Assembly: GCA_963717635.1 (NCBI GenBank)
Contig: OY970347.1
Location: 99,677-163,676 of the forward strand
Direction of reading: 5' to 3'
From: an uncultured bacterium
Lineage (GTDB): Bacteria; Actinomycetota; Thermoleophilia; Solirubrobacterales; 70-9
Length of the DNA stretch: 64,000 bases
Shown: positions 10,576-17,787 of the stretch, piece by piece
Layout of the letters: each line of letters starts with the position of its first letter
How positions within the stretch are numbered: the stretch's first letter is position 1
Notes under the pieces: model-generated
What the model was told of the DNA's origin: nothing
What the model saw: the letters and a program-made list of their open reading frames with translations, nothing else
The model's database searches: none
Translations under genes and position numbers: made by a program

Positions 10576-11607
10576 TCACGGGTGACGGCTTGCGCCGGTC
10601 CGGCGCAGGCGGCGCCTGAGCCGGCGCCATCGGCGGCGCGCCCAGCGGCGCGGTGGGCCGCGACGGCGGGGCGTGGGCAGGGGGTTGCGGTTCGTCGGCT
10701 CGAGCGGCAGGTACTGCGAGAGCCAGCGGTACCGGTCGCTGTCCGGCGCCAGCGGCGGGCGCATGTCCTCGAGGAACCGTTCGCGGTTGAACCACGAGTG
10801 ATAGTGCACGCTCACGAGATCGGCCAGCTCCAGGGACCGCTCGGGCTCGGGGAGCAGCGCCCGCAGGGCGAGATTGTGGTTGTAGCGACGATCGAGCTCG
10901 CAAACCGTGGCGGGTCGCCGGGCCAGCACCGCGGCCAGGGAGAGCTGATCGACGTGGAGGATCCCGTAGTCGGGGACGTGGCCGGTCTCCAGCAGGCGCG
11001 CGAGGAGCTCCAGCCACTCGTGGGCGAGCCGAGCCTCGCGCCGGAACACGATCAGCCCGCCGTTCCAGAACGCGCGCAGCCGCCGGCCGTCGATCAGCGC
11101 GGTCATATACGGCTCCTCGGTCACCCCGGCCAGTTCGTACAGCCGCTGCCAATAGGGATCGAATGGATCACCCGGTCCGGCGCTCTTCGGCCCCCGTGCA
11201 CGGCCGTGGTAGTACGGCGCGGTGCCGGCCGCGATCATCTCGCTTGCGAGATCGAAGTCCGCCGGCTCCGAGAGGAAGACCTTGTCGCTGTCGGCCCAGA
11301 CGATCACCTCGGCGTCGAGATGGTCCTCGGCCCAGACCATCGCGTAGGTCGTGTTGGCATGGACGTAGTCGTGGTGGTCGCGGTTCAGGACCTCCTCGTG
11401 GACGGTCACGTCGAGCTCGCTCAGCGCGGCGTAGGTTTCAGGCGCCAGCGCGGCGCCGGCCCGCAAACGAAAGGCGTGAATCTGTGCCTCGGCATAGGCG
11501 CCGGCCCAGCGCCTGATCGAGCGCGCGAGAAGGATCGACTGCTGCTCGAGCGGGCCCGCCTCGACGCAGAGCAGGAAGGCGAGGCTTTGACGGGTCTCCG
11601 GTGTCAC
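10576..11607 (-). CDS. Hypothetical nucleotide-diphospho-sugar (GT-A-like) transferase with Arg-rich C-terminal tail
   Basis: D-x-D-like 'VWADSDKVF' and a 'HYHSWF' region. GTG 11607 is preferred over TTG 11640 because it avoids overlapping the divergent methyltransferase gene. The family call is weak. Confidence 0.45.
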   Translation of the reverse strand: MTPETRQSLAFLLCVEAGPLEQQSILLARSIRRWAGAYAEAQIHAFRLRAGAALAPETYAALSELDVTVHEEVLNRDHHDYVHANTTYAMVWAEDHLDAEVIVWADSDKVFLSEPADFDLASEMIAAGTAPYYHGRARGPKSAGPGDPFDPYWQRLYELAGVTEEPYMTALIDGRRLRAFWNGGLIVFRREARLAHEWLELLARLLETGHVPDYGILHVDQLSLAAVLARRPATVCELDRRYNHNLALRALLPEPERSLELADLVSVHYHSWFNRERFLEDMRPPLAPDSDRYRWLSQYLPLEPTNRNPLPTPRRRGPPRRWARRRWRRLRRRLRRTGASRHP

Positions 11608-11627
11608 CGTGGCTAGGTTACGCAGGC

Positions 11628-12347
11628 ATGTGGAAGCCAACGCGGCGACGCCACGCCAGCGAGACGCCAGCCGATAGTCCGCGTGTCGAACCCGTCCACC
11701 CGGTGGTGGCGGAGGTGCGCAAGCAACGCCTGACGTACGTCCCCAAGCAGGCCCTGAACGACCTGTTCGAGGCCGCCGTCGCCGCCGATCGCGCCGATCG
11801 CGCGGGCGTCTTCATCGAGGCCGGCTGCGCCCTCGGCGGGTCGGCGCTGGTCCTCGCCCAGGCGAAGGACCCGGCGCGCCCGCTCTTCGTCCACGACGTC
11901 TTCGGCATGATCCCGGCACCCTCGGAGGCCGACGGCGACGATGTCCACGAGCGCTACTCAAAGATCAGGTCCGGCAGCTCGCCCGGCCTTGGCGACGACA
12001 CCTACTACGGCTACCAGCCGGACCTGATCGCCAAGGTCCGCGAGAACTTCGAGCGCTTCGACCTGCCGCTCGAAGCGAACGCAGTGCGCCTGGTCAAGGG
12101 GCTCTTCGAGGACACGATCGTCGGCGACGAGCCCGTTGCCCTGGCGCACATCGACGGCGACTGGTACGAGTCCGTGCGGACCTGCCTCGAGCGGATCGGA
12201 CCGCGACTCGTGCCGGGCGGCTTGGCGGTCATCGACGATTACGACATGTGGTCGGGCTGCACCCGGGCGGTCGACGAGTTCCTCGCCAAGCACCCGGACC
12301 GGTACCGCACCATTCGCCGGGCGCGGCTTCAGATCGAACGGGTCTGA
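11628..12347 (+). CDS. TylF/MycF-type class I SAM-dependent O-methyltransferase
   Basis: 'FIEAGCALGGSALVLA', 'AHIDGDWYESV', 'GGLAVIDDY' are macrocin-O-methyltransferase-family features. Confidence 0.75.
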   Translation: MWKPTRRRHASETPADSPRVEPVHPVVAEVRKQRLTYVPKQALNDLFEAAVAADRADRAGVFIEAGCALGGSALVLAQAKDPARPLFVHDVFGMIPAPSEADGDDVHERYSKIRSGSSPGLGDDTYYGYQPDLIAKVRENFERFDLPLEANAVRLVKGLFEDTIVGDEPVALAHIDGDWYESVRTCLERIGPRLVPGGLAVIDDYDMWSGCTRAVDEFLAKHPDRYRTIRRARLQIERV

Positions 12348-14011
12348 GCGGCGCTCGCGGCCTCGACGTCCGCGGCGCAGGCCTCTTGCCAAGCGGCGCG
12401 GACCGCATCCTCGTCGTCGCCGCGCAGGATCGAATCAAGCGCCGCCTGCAGCTTGTCGCAGATCCCTCGCTGCATCGCGGCGAAGGCCGCGTCGTCGATC
12501 TCGATCAGTCCGTCGAAGCGGATGTCGTCCTCCGCGTGGGGGCGGAACCGGACCTCCACGCCGAGGGCCCGGGCCGGGAGGTAGCAGTGCAGCCGCGAGG
12601 TCTCCACCCGACGGTAGGCGCTGCGGTAGCCGTCGAGTTGCTCAGCAGCACGCACGAGGTTGGCCGCCAGCGGGGCACCGCGGATCTCGAGGCTCGAATG
12701 GGCAAGGACGACCCCGCGCTCGCCGGGGTCGAGCTCGTGCTCGCCTCCGCCCCGCACCTCGACCAGGGCAACGGGCGCGTCGGGTCCGGGTTCGGGGCCG
12801 GGGCCGAACAGCAGGTCCACGGTGGTGGTCAGGCAACCGCTGAAGAACGCCGGCACGTCCAGCGCCTGGAGGCGCCGCACGGTGGTCCAGTCCCGGCAGC
12901 CGATCGGCGCGTGCTCCCGGAGGTAGTCCACGGCCTGCGCGGACAACGCCTCCGGCCGGTTGACGTGGAAGGAGATGAAGAGCGGCCGCAGGTTCGGGTG
13001 GAAGGGCAGGTCGTAATGGGTCCTGAACCAGCCATGCATGTACCAGCCGAAGGCGAGCATCCACGTGCCCTCGGGCACCTCGTCGAGCGTCGACGCGTCG
13101 CGGTTCACCGCCACGAGTGTCACGTCGCCCTCCCCCTCCGCAAGCTCCCGCGCCGCTGGCACCCGCGCCTGGAGCGCGCTCAGCTCGGCGACGAGGTTCG
13201 CGTCGCCCCGGAAGCGCACTCCGGGGCGACGGACCAGGTGACCGATGCTGGCGAGCGTCTGGATGTAGTCGCCGACGTTGGCCGAGGTGCGGCGGTAGTC
13301 GGGGAACTGATAGTCCAGCACGGCGACCGCAACACCGTCCGCGGGCCTTGCCGCGGTCCGCGTTCCCGCTCGCATCCGCTCGATCCACCGCTCGAGCCAG
13401 CGTCTCTCCGAGTCCACGTCGGGCGCAACTGGCCCGGCCTCGTTCTGGATGCGCTCCAGCACCCGCATGGCCAGTTCCAGCTCGCCGTAGGCCGTGGTAT
13501 GTCGCGCGAGGTCGAGCCAAATTCCCGGGTCCCTGCCCTCGGAGGTGGCCAGCGCGGCCTCGCAGGCGGCGATGGCCGAAGCCTCCCCGGCGGCAAGCTC
13601 GACTGCGACCAACTCCGGCAACGCAAGGCGCACGGCCGTCGCGCGCGGCAGGCCCTGCAGCTGCTCCTCGGCCTTGGCCAGGCGCCCGTACTCGACCGCG
13701 ATCACGGCCGCTGCGGCTCGTGCAGCCTCGTTCAACGGTCCGATGCCCCGAGCCGCCCGCATGATCAGGCGGGCCTGCCCGAGGCCCTGCCGCCGAGCGA
13801 GCCCACGCACGCTCGCGACGACGGCGTCCGGAGCGGGGGCTCCCGCGGTCAACTCTCGGGCCAGGATCTCCGCGGTGGGCTCCTCGCCGGTGAAGGCGGC
13901 CAGCTCCTCGGCCGTGGGCGATCGGGCAATCGTCAGCCGGTCCTCCTCGAGGACCGAGCGCAACAGCTTCCTGAACGGCCGCTTGGGGGAACGAGCCTCC
14001 AAGCTGGGCAT
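12329..14011 (-). CDS. Two-part protein: helical (TPR-like?) N-half and polysaccharide-pyruvyltransferase-like C-half
   Basis: ATG 14011 lies 5 nt after the P450 stop. The C-half has 'SANVGDYIQTLA', 'IGCRDWTT', 'FFSGCLTT', which resemble pyruvyl transferases. The N-half is Ala/Leu-rich and helical. Confidence 0.5.
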   Translation of the reverse strand: MPSLEARSPKRPFRKLLRSVLEEDRLTIARSPTAEELAAFTGEEPTAEILARELTAGAPAPDAVVASVRGLARRQGLGQARLIMRAARGIGPLNEAARAAAAVIAVEYGRLAKAEEQLQGLPRATAVRLALPELVAVELAAGEASAIAACEAALATSEGRDPGIWLDLARHTTAYGELELAMRVLERIQNEAGPVAPDVDSERRWLERWIERMRAGTRTAARPADGVAVAVLDYQFPDYRRTSANVGDYIQTLASIGHLVRRPGVRFRGDANLVAELSALQARVPAARELAEGEGDVTLVAVNRDASTLDEVPEGTWMLAFGWYMHGWFRTHYDLPFHPNLRPLFISFHVNRPEALSAQAVDYLREHAPIGCRDWTTVRRLQALDVPAFFSGCLTTTVDLLFGPGPEPGPDAPVALVEVRGGGEHELDPGERGVVLAHSSLEIRGAPLAANLVRAAEQLDGYRSAYRRVETSRLHCYLPARALGVEVRFRPHAEDDIRFDGLIEIDDAAFAAMQRGICDKLQAALDSILRGDDEDAVRAAWQEACAADVEAASAAQTRSI

Positions 14012-14016
14012 TGTGA

Positions 14017-15354
14017 CTAGGTGCGCCGCTCCAGCACCGCCAGCGTGCCGCCGGCAGGGGACATCGTCACGTTGCGCCGGATCGGCCGCTCGGGCTGATC
14101 CGAGCCGGCCCGCAGGTCGCACGAGCGCAGGATCGTCTCCAGCGCGACCCGCATCTCGAACTGGGCGAAAGCGGCGCCGATGCAGCGCCGGGTGCCACCG
14201 CCGAACGGGATCCAGGAATAGGTCTCGGTCTCCGCCTCGAGGAAGCGCTCCGGCCGGAAATCCCGGGCCCGCGGATAGAGATCCTCGCGGGTGTGGGTGA
14301 GCAGGATCGCGGCCATCACGACCGCGCCGGTGTCGAGGTCATAGCCGCCCAGCGTGGCGGGCTCGCGCAGCTCGCGGCCCGTGAATGGCACGACCGGGCG
14401 CAACCGCAGCGACTCCTCGATCACGGCGTCGAGGTACTCCTGCTCGCCGGCTCGTACCTCGTCGGTCAGCCGCAACTGCGCATCCGGCCGGCGGAACAGG
14501 AGGTCAAACGTCCAGGCCAGCGCCGTGGCCGTGGTCTCGTGCCCGGCCAGCAAGAGCGTCATCAGCTGATCGCGCAGCTCGGCGTCCTCCATCCGCGACC
14601 CGTCGTCGAATCGTGCGGCGACCAGCATCGAGAGGATGTCGTCGCGCTCAGCGAGCCCCGGATCGGCCCGGCGTTCGGCGATCTCGGTCGCCAGCAGCTC
14701 GTCGATCCGCTCGCTCACGGCGGCCAGGCGCCGGTAGACGGGGGTGCGGCGCAGGCCAGGGACGATGAAGCCGAGCGCCCGCGGCGTCGCCGTCGCCCCG
14801 AGGATCTCGACCAGCGCCGCGCTCAACTCGTCGCGGCGGCGGTCGTCCTCGATCCCGAAGACCGCCCGCAGGATCACCTCGAGCGTGATTGCCTGCATGC
14901 TGGGGTGGAGCGGGAACGGCTCGCCCAGCGGCCAATCCGCGATCGCCCGCTCGGTCGCACCTGCGATCACCTCCTCGTAGGCGCGCATCCGCTCACCGTG
15001 GAAGGGGGGCAGCATCAGCTTCCGGCGCCGAAGGTGCTCCGAGCCCTCCTGGAGCAGCAGCGAACCGGGGCCCAGCAGGGGCTTGAGGATGATGTTGCGC
15101 CCCGGAGCGATCGTGTTGACGCGATCCGCTCCGAACAGTCGCTTCAACGACTCGGGGTCGGAGACGAAGGTCAGCTCGCCGGGGCCGTAGACGCTGGCGT
15201 GGAAGGTCTCGCCAAGCGCGGAGCGCCAATGCTCCATGAACGGGCCAGGACGGGCCAGGAAGCGAAGCGTCTGCACCGCCTTCGGCAGCGGGATCCTCGG
15301 GGGGGTTGCGACGGCCTGCCGCGGCCGTCGTTCGCCGCTACCGCGTTCGAGCAA
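14017..15354 (-). CDS. Cytochrome P450
   Basis: Heme loop '[14 protein letters not shown]', I-helix 'LLAGHETT', 'EESLRLRP' (ExxR). TTG start overlaps the csoR 3' end by 17 nt. Confidence 0.9.
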   Translation of the reverse strand: MLERGSGERRPRQAVATPPRIPLPKAVQTLRFLARPGPFMEHWRSALGETFHASVYGPGELTFVSDPESLKRLFGADRVNTIAPGRNIILKPLLGPGSLLLQEGSEHLRRRKLMLPPFHGERMRAYEEVIAGATERAIADWPLGEPFPLHPSMQAITLEVILRAVFGIEDDRRRDELSAALVEILGATATPRALGFIVPGLRRTPVYRRLAAVSERIDELLATEIAERRADPGLAERDDILSMLVAARFDDGSRMEDAELRDQLMTLLLAGHETTATALAWTFDLLFRRPDAQLRLTDEVRAGEQEYLDAVIEESLRLRPVVPFTGRELREPATLGGYDLDTGAVVMAAILLTHTREDLYPRARDFRPERFLEAETETYSWIPFGGGTRRCIGAAFAQFEMRVALETILRSCDLRAGSDQPERPIRRNVTMSPAGGTLAVLERRT

Positions 15355-15640
15355 AGCGCTCCACCGCCGCCATCAGCTCATCGACTTTGTCGTCGGCGTC
15401 GGCCGATCCCCGCTCGATCGCGCCGCGCACGCAGCGGTCGGTGTGGTCCGCCAGCAACCGCAGGCCGACGCCGTCAAGCGCCTTGGAGATCGCGCCGAGC
15501 TGAGTCAAGACGTCGATGCAATACGCCTCGTCGGCCACCATCCCCTTGACGCCGCGGACCTGGCCCTCGATCCGTGCCAGGCGCTTGAGGATCGCGTCGC
15601 GGTCGTTGATGTAGCCGGGTTCTGTCTCAGCCTTGCTCAT
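15338..15640 (-). CDS. csoR: CsoR/RcnR-family metal-sensing repressor (C-H-C, Cu(I)-type ligand pattern)
   Basis: 100 aa. '[12 protein letters not shown]' DUF156 core. Ligand pattern 'AYC' ... 'H-TDR-C'. Confidence 0.85.
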   Translation of the reverse strand: MSKAETEPGYINDRDAILKRLARIEGQVRGVKGMVADEAYCIDVLTQLGAISKALDGVGLRLLADHTDRCVRGAIERGSADADDKVDELMAAVERFARTR

Positions 15641-15647
15641 CTCGGGG

Positions 15648-15669
15648 ACTATATACCCTCCAGGGGTAT
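15648..15669. promoter_or_regulatory. Candidate CsoR operator (ATACCC-N5-GGGTAT, 15653-15669) abutting a minus-strand TATAGT -10 (15648-15653)
   Basis: GC-core pseudo-palindrome with AT-rich flanks in the 27-bp csoR-purC gap. The -10 lies 7 nt before the csoR ATG. The right arm contains the purC ATG. Confidence 0.5.
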
Positions 15670-16570
15670 GAGCCGCGATCGATTCTCAGCCGGAGGCGCT
15701 GTTAGCATCGGATCGACCTTGGCCACCGCGCTCGCAGACCTCCAGCTCGTCGCCTCGGGGAAGGTGCGCGAGATGTATGCGATCGAGGATGACCTCCTGA
15801 TGGTCGCCTCGGATCGGATCTCCGCCTACGACGTCGTCCTTAAGACGCCGATCTCCGACAAGGGGGCCGTCCTCACCCGGATGTCCGTCTTCTGGTTCGA
15901 GACGACCGGCCACGTCTGCCCGAACCACATGATCAGCGACGACGTCCCCGCCGAGGTCGCCGGACGCGGCCTGCGGGTGAAGCGGCTCGAGATGTACCCG
16001 GTGGAGTGCGTGGTGCGCGGCTACCTCTCGGGCTCCGGCTGGCGCGAGTATCGCGAGTCGGGGTCGGTCTGCGGGATCGAGCTGCCGCCGGGCCTGACCG
16101 AGTCGGCGAAGCTGCCGGAGCCGATCTTCACGCCGGCCACCAAGGCCGACGTCGGCGACCACGACGAGAACATCTCATTCGAGCGCGCCGTCGAGGTGAC
16201 CGGCGACAGGGCCCTGATGGAGGCCCTGCGCGACACGTCGATCGCGCTGTATGACCACGCCGCCGCCCACGCCGCCGACCGCGGGATCATCATCGCTGAC
16301 ACCAAGTTCGAGTTCGGAGCTTCGCCCGGGGCCGAGGTCGTGCTCGCCGATGAGGTGCTGACGCCCGACTCGTCCCGGTTCTGGCCCGCCGACGCCTACG
16401 AGGCTGGGCGGTCGCAGGCCTCGTTCGACAAGCAGTACGTCCGGGACTGGCTCGACCAGTCCGGGTGGGACCACTCGCCACCGGGGCCGGAACTCCCCGA
16501 CGACGTCGTCGCCGCGACGCGCGACAAGTACGTCGAGGCCTACGAGCGCATTACCGGACGGGACTTCTGA
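15668..16570 (+). CDS. purC: SAICAR synthase
   Basis: '[23 protein letters not shown]', 'ADTKFEFG'. ATG 15668. The upstream 144 codons of the track ORF are antisense to csoR/P450 and were rejected. Confidence 0.95.
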   Translation: MSRDRFSAGGAVSIGSTLATALADLQLVASGKVREMYAIEDDLLMVASDRISAYDVVLKTPISDKGAVLTRMSVFWFETTGHVCPNHMISDDVPAEVAGRGLRVKRLEMYPVECVVRGYLSGSGWREYRESGSVCGIELPPGLTESAKLPEPIFTPATKADVGDHDENISFERAVEVTGDRALMEALRDTSIALYDHAAAHAADRGIIIADTKFEFGASPGAEVVLADEVLTPDSSRFWPADAYEAGRSQASFDKQYVRDWLDQSGWDHSPPGPELPDDVVAATRDKYVEAYERITGRDF

Positions 16571-16572
16571 TT

Positions 16573-16800
16573 CTGAAGGCGCGGGTTCTGATCCGCCCGA
16601 AGGAGGGCATCCTCGATCCCCAGGGCAAGGCGGTCGAGCGGGCGCTGCCGGCGCTCGGATTCAAGGGAATCGAACACGTGCGGGTCGGCCGCATGGTCGA
16701 GCTCGAGGCCGACGACGCCGCCCAGCTGCCCGACCTCTGCGAGAAGCTGCTTTCGAACCCGCTGATCGAGGACTACGAAATAGTCGAGGTCACGTCGTGA
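16573..16800 (+). CDS. purS: FGAM synthase subunit PurS (start codon uncertain and apparently non-canonical)
   Basis: 'LKARVLIRPKEGILDPQGKAVERAL..' matches the usual PurS N-terminus 'MKA.V.V..K.GVLDPQG'. The only canonical in-frame start is GTG 16465, inside purC. Confidence 0.8.
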   Translation: MKARVLIRPKEGILDPQGKAVERALPALGFKGIEHVRVGRMVELEADDAAQLPDLCEKLLSNPLIEDYEIVEVTS

Positions 16801-17465
16801 GGTTCGGCGTCCTGCAGTTCCCGGGGTCCTGCGACGAGCGCGACGCCCTCGCGGCCTGCGAGCTGGTGGCCGAGGCGCGGATGGTCTGGCACGAGGATTC
16901 GGATCTCTCCGACCTCGACGCCGTGATCGTGCCCGGCGGCTTCTCCTATGGCGACTACCTGCGCGCCGGCGCGATCGCGCGCTTCGCGCCGGCGATGGAG
17001 GCGGTCGGGCGGTTCGCGGCGGAGGGCGGGCCCGTCCTGGGCATCTGCAACGGCTTCCAGGTCCTGTGTGAGGCGGGACTCCTACCCGGCGCGCTGCTCC
17101 CGAACGAAGGGCTGCGCTTCCACTTCCGCCAGGTCGAGCTCGAGGTCGCCGGCGAGTGCACCTGGACGGTCGGGATCGAGCCGGGCGAGCGCCTCTCGAT
17201 ACCGACCAAGCACATGAGCGGCCGTTACTTTGCGCCCGAGGGGCAACTGGACCGCCTCGAGGCAGCCGGGCAGGTCGTCCTGCGCTACGCGCCGGGCCAC
17301 AACCCGAACGGCTCGTTGCGCGACATCGCCGGGGTCGCCAACGAGGCCGGCAACGTGCTGGGGCTGATGCCTCACCCCGAGCACGCGGTCGATCCGCTGA
17401 CCGGCTCCGTCGCCGGTCTGCGCCTGTTCGCGGCGGTCGCGGACCGGGTTGCCGCGCCCGCCTAA
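16797..17465 (+). CDS. purQ: FGAM synthase glutamine amidotransferase subunit
   Basis: GTGA overlap with purS. 'GICNGFQ' catalytic Cys, 'MPHPE'. Confidence 0.95.
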   Translation: MRFGVLQFPGSCDERDALAACELVAEARMVWHEDSDLSDLDAVIVPGGFSYGDYLRAGAIARFAPAMEAVGRFAAEGGPVLGICNGFQVLCEAGLLPGALLPNEGLRFHFRQVELEVAGECTWTVGIEPGERLSIPTKHMSGRYFAPEGQLDRLEAAGQVVLRYAPGHNPNGSLRDIAGVANEAGNVLGLMPHPEHAVDPLTGSVAGLRLFAAVADRVAAPA

Positions 17466-17486
17466 GACGTCCTCTACCCTGGGCTC

Positions 17487-17759
17487 ATGTGCCGCAACAT
17501 CCGCACCCTCCACAATTTCGAGCCACCCGCGACCAAGGAAGAGGTCTCAGACGCCGCCCTTCAGTACGTCCGCAAGATCAGCGGCTCGACCAAGCCCTCG
17601 CAGGCGAACGCCGAGGCGTTCGACCGGGCGGTCGAGGCCGTGACGCTCGCGACGACCACGCTGCTGGACGAGCTCGTGACCTCGGCGCCGCCCAAAGACC
17701 GCGAGGTCGAGTCGGCGAAGCGCCGCGCCCGCGCCGAGCAGCGGTTCGCGACGGCCTGA
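17487..17759 (+). CDS. DUF2277-like small protein
   Basis: 'MCRNIRTLHNFEPPAT..EV..AALQYVRKISG' is the N-terminal signature I associate with DUF2277. Confidence 0.7.
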   Translation: MCRNIRTLHNFEPPATKEEVSDAALQYVRKISGSTKPSQANAEAFDRAVEAVTLATTTLLDELVTSAPPKDREVESAKRRARAEQRFATA

Positions 17760-17787
17760 GACGGTCCTCCTCGTCTCATAGTCTGCG

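Noticed and set aside
15236-15667. Upstream extension of the purC track ORF
   Set aside because: It overlaps csoR and the P450 on the opposite strand. The conserved PurC N-terminus begins at ATG 15668.
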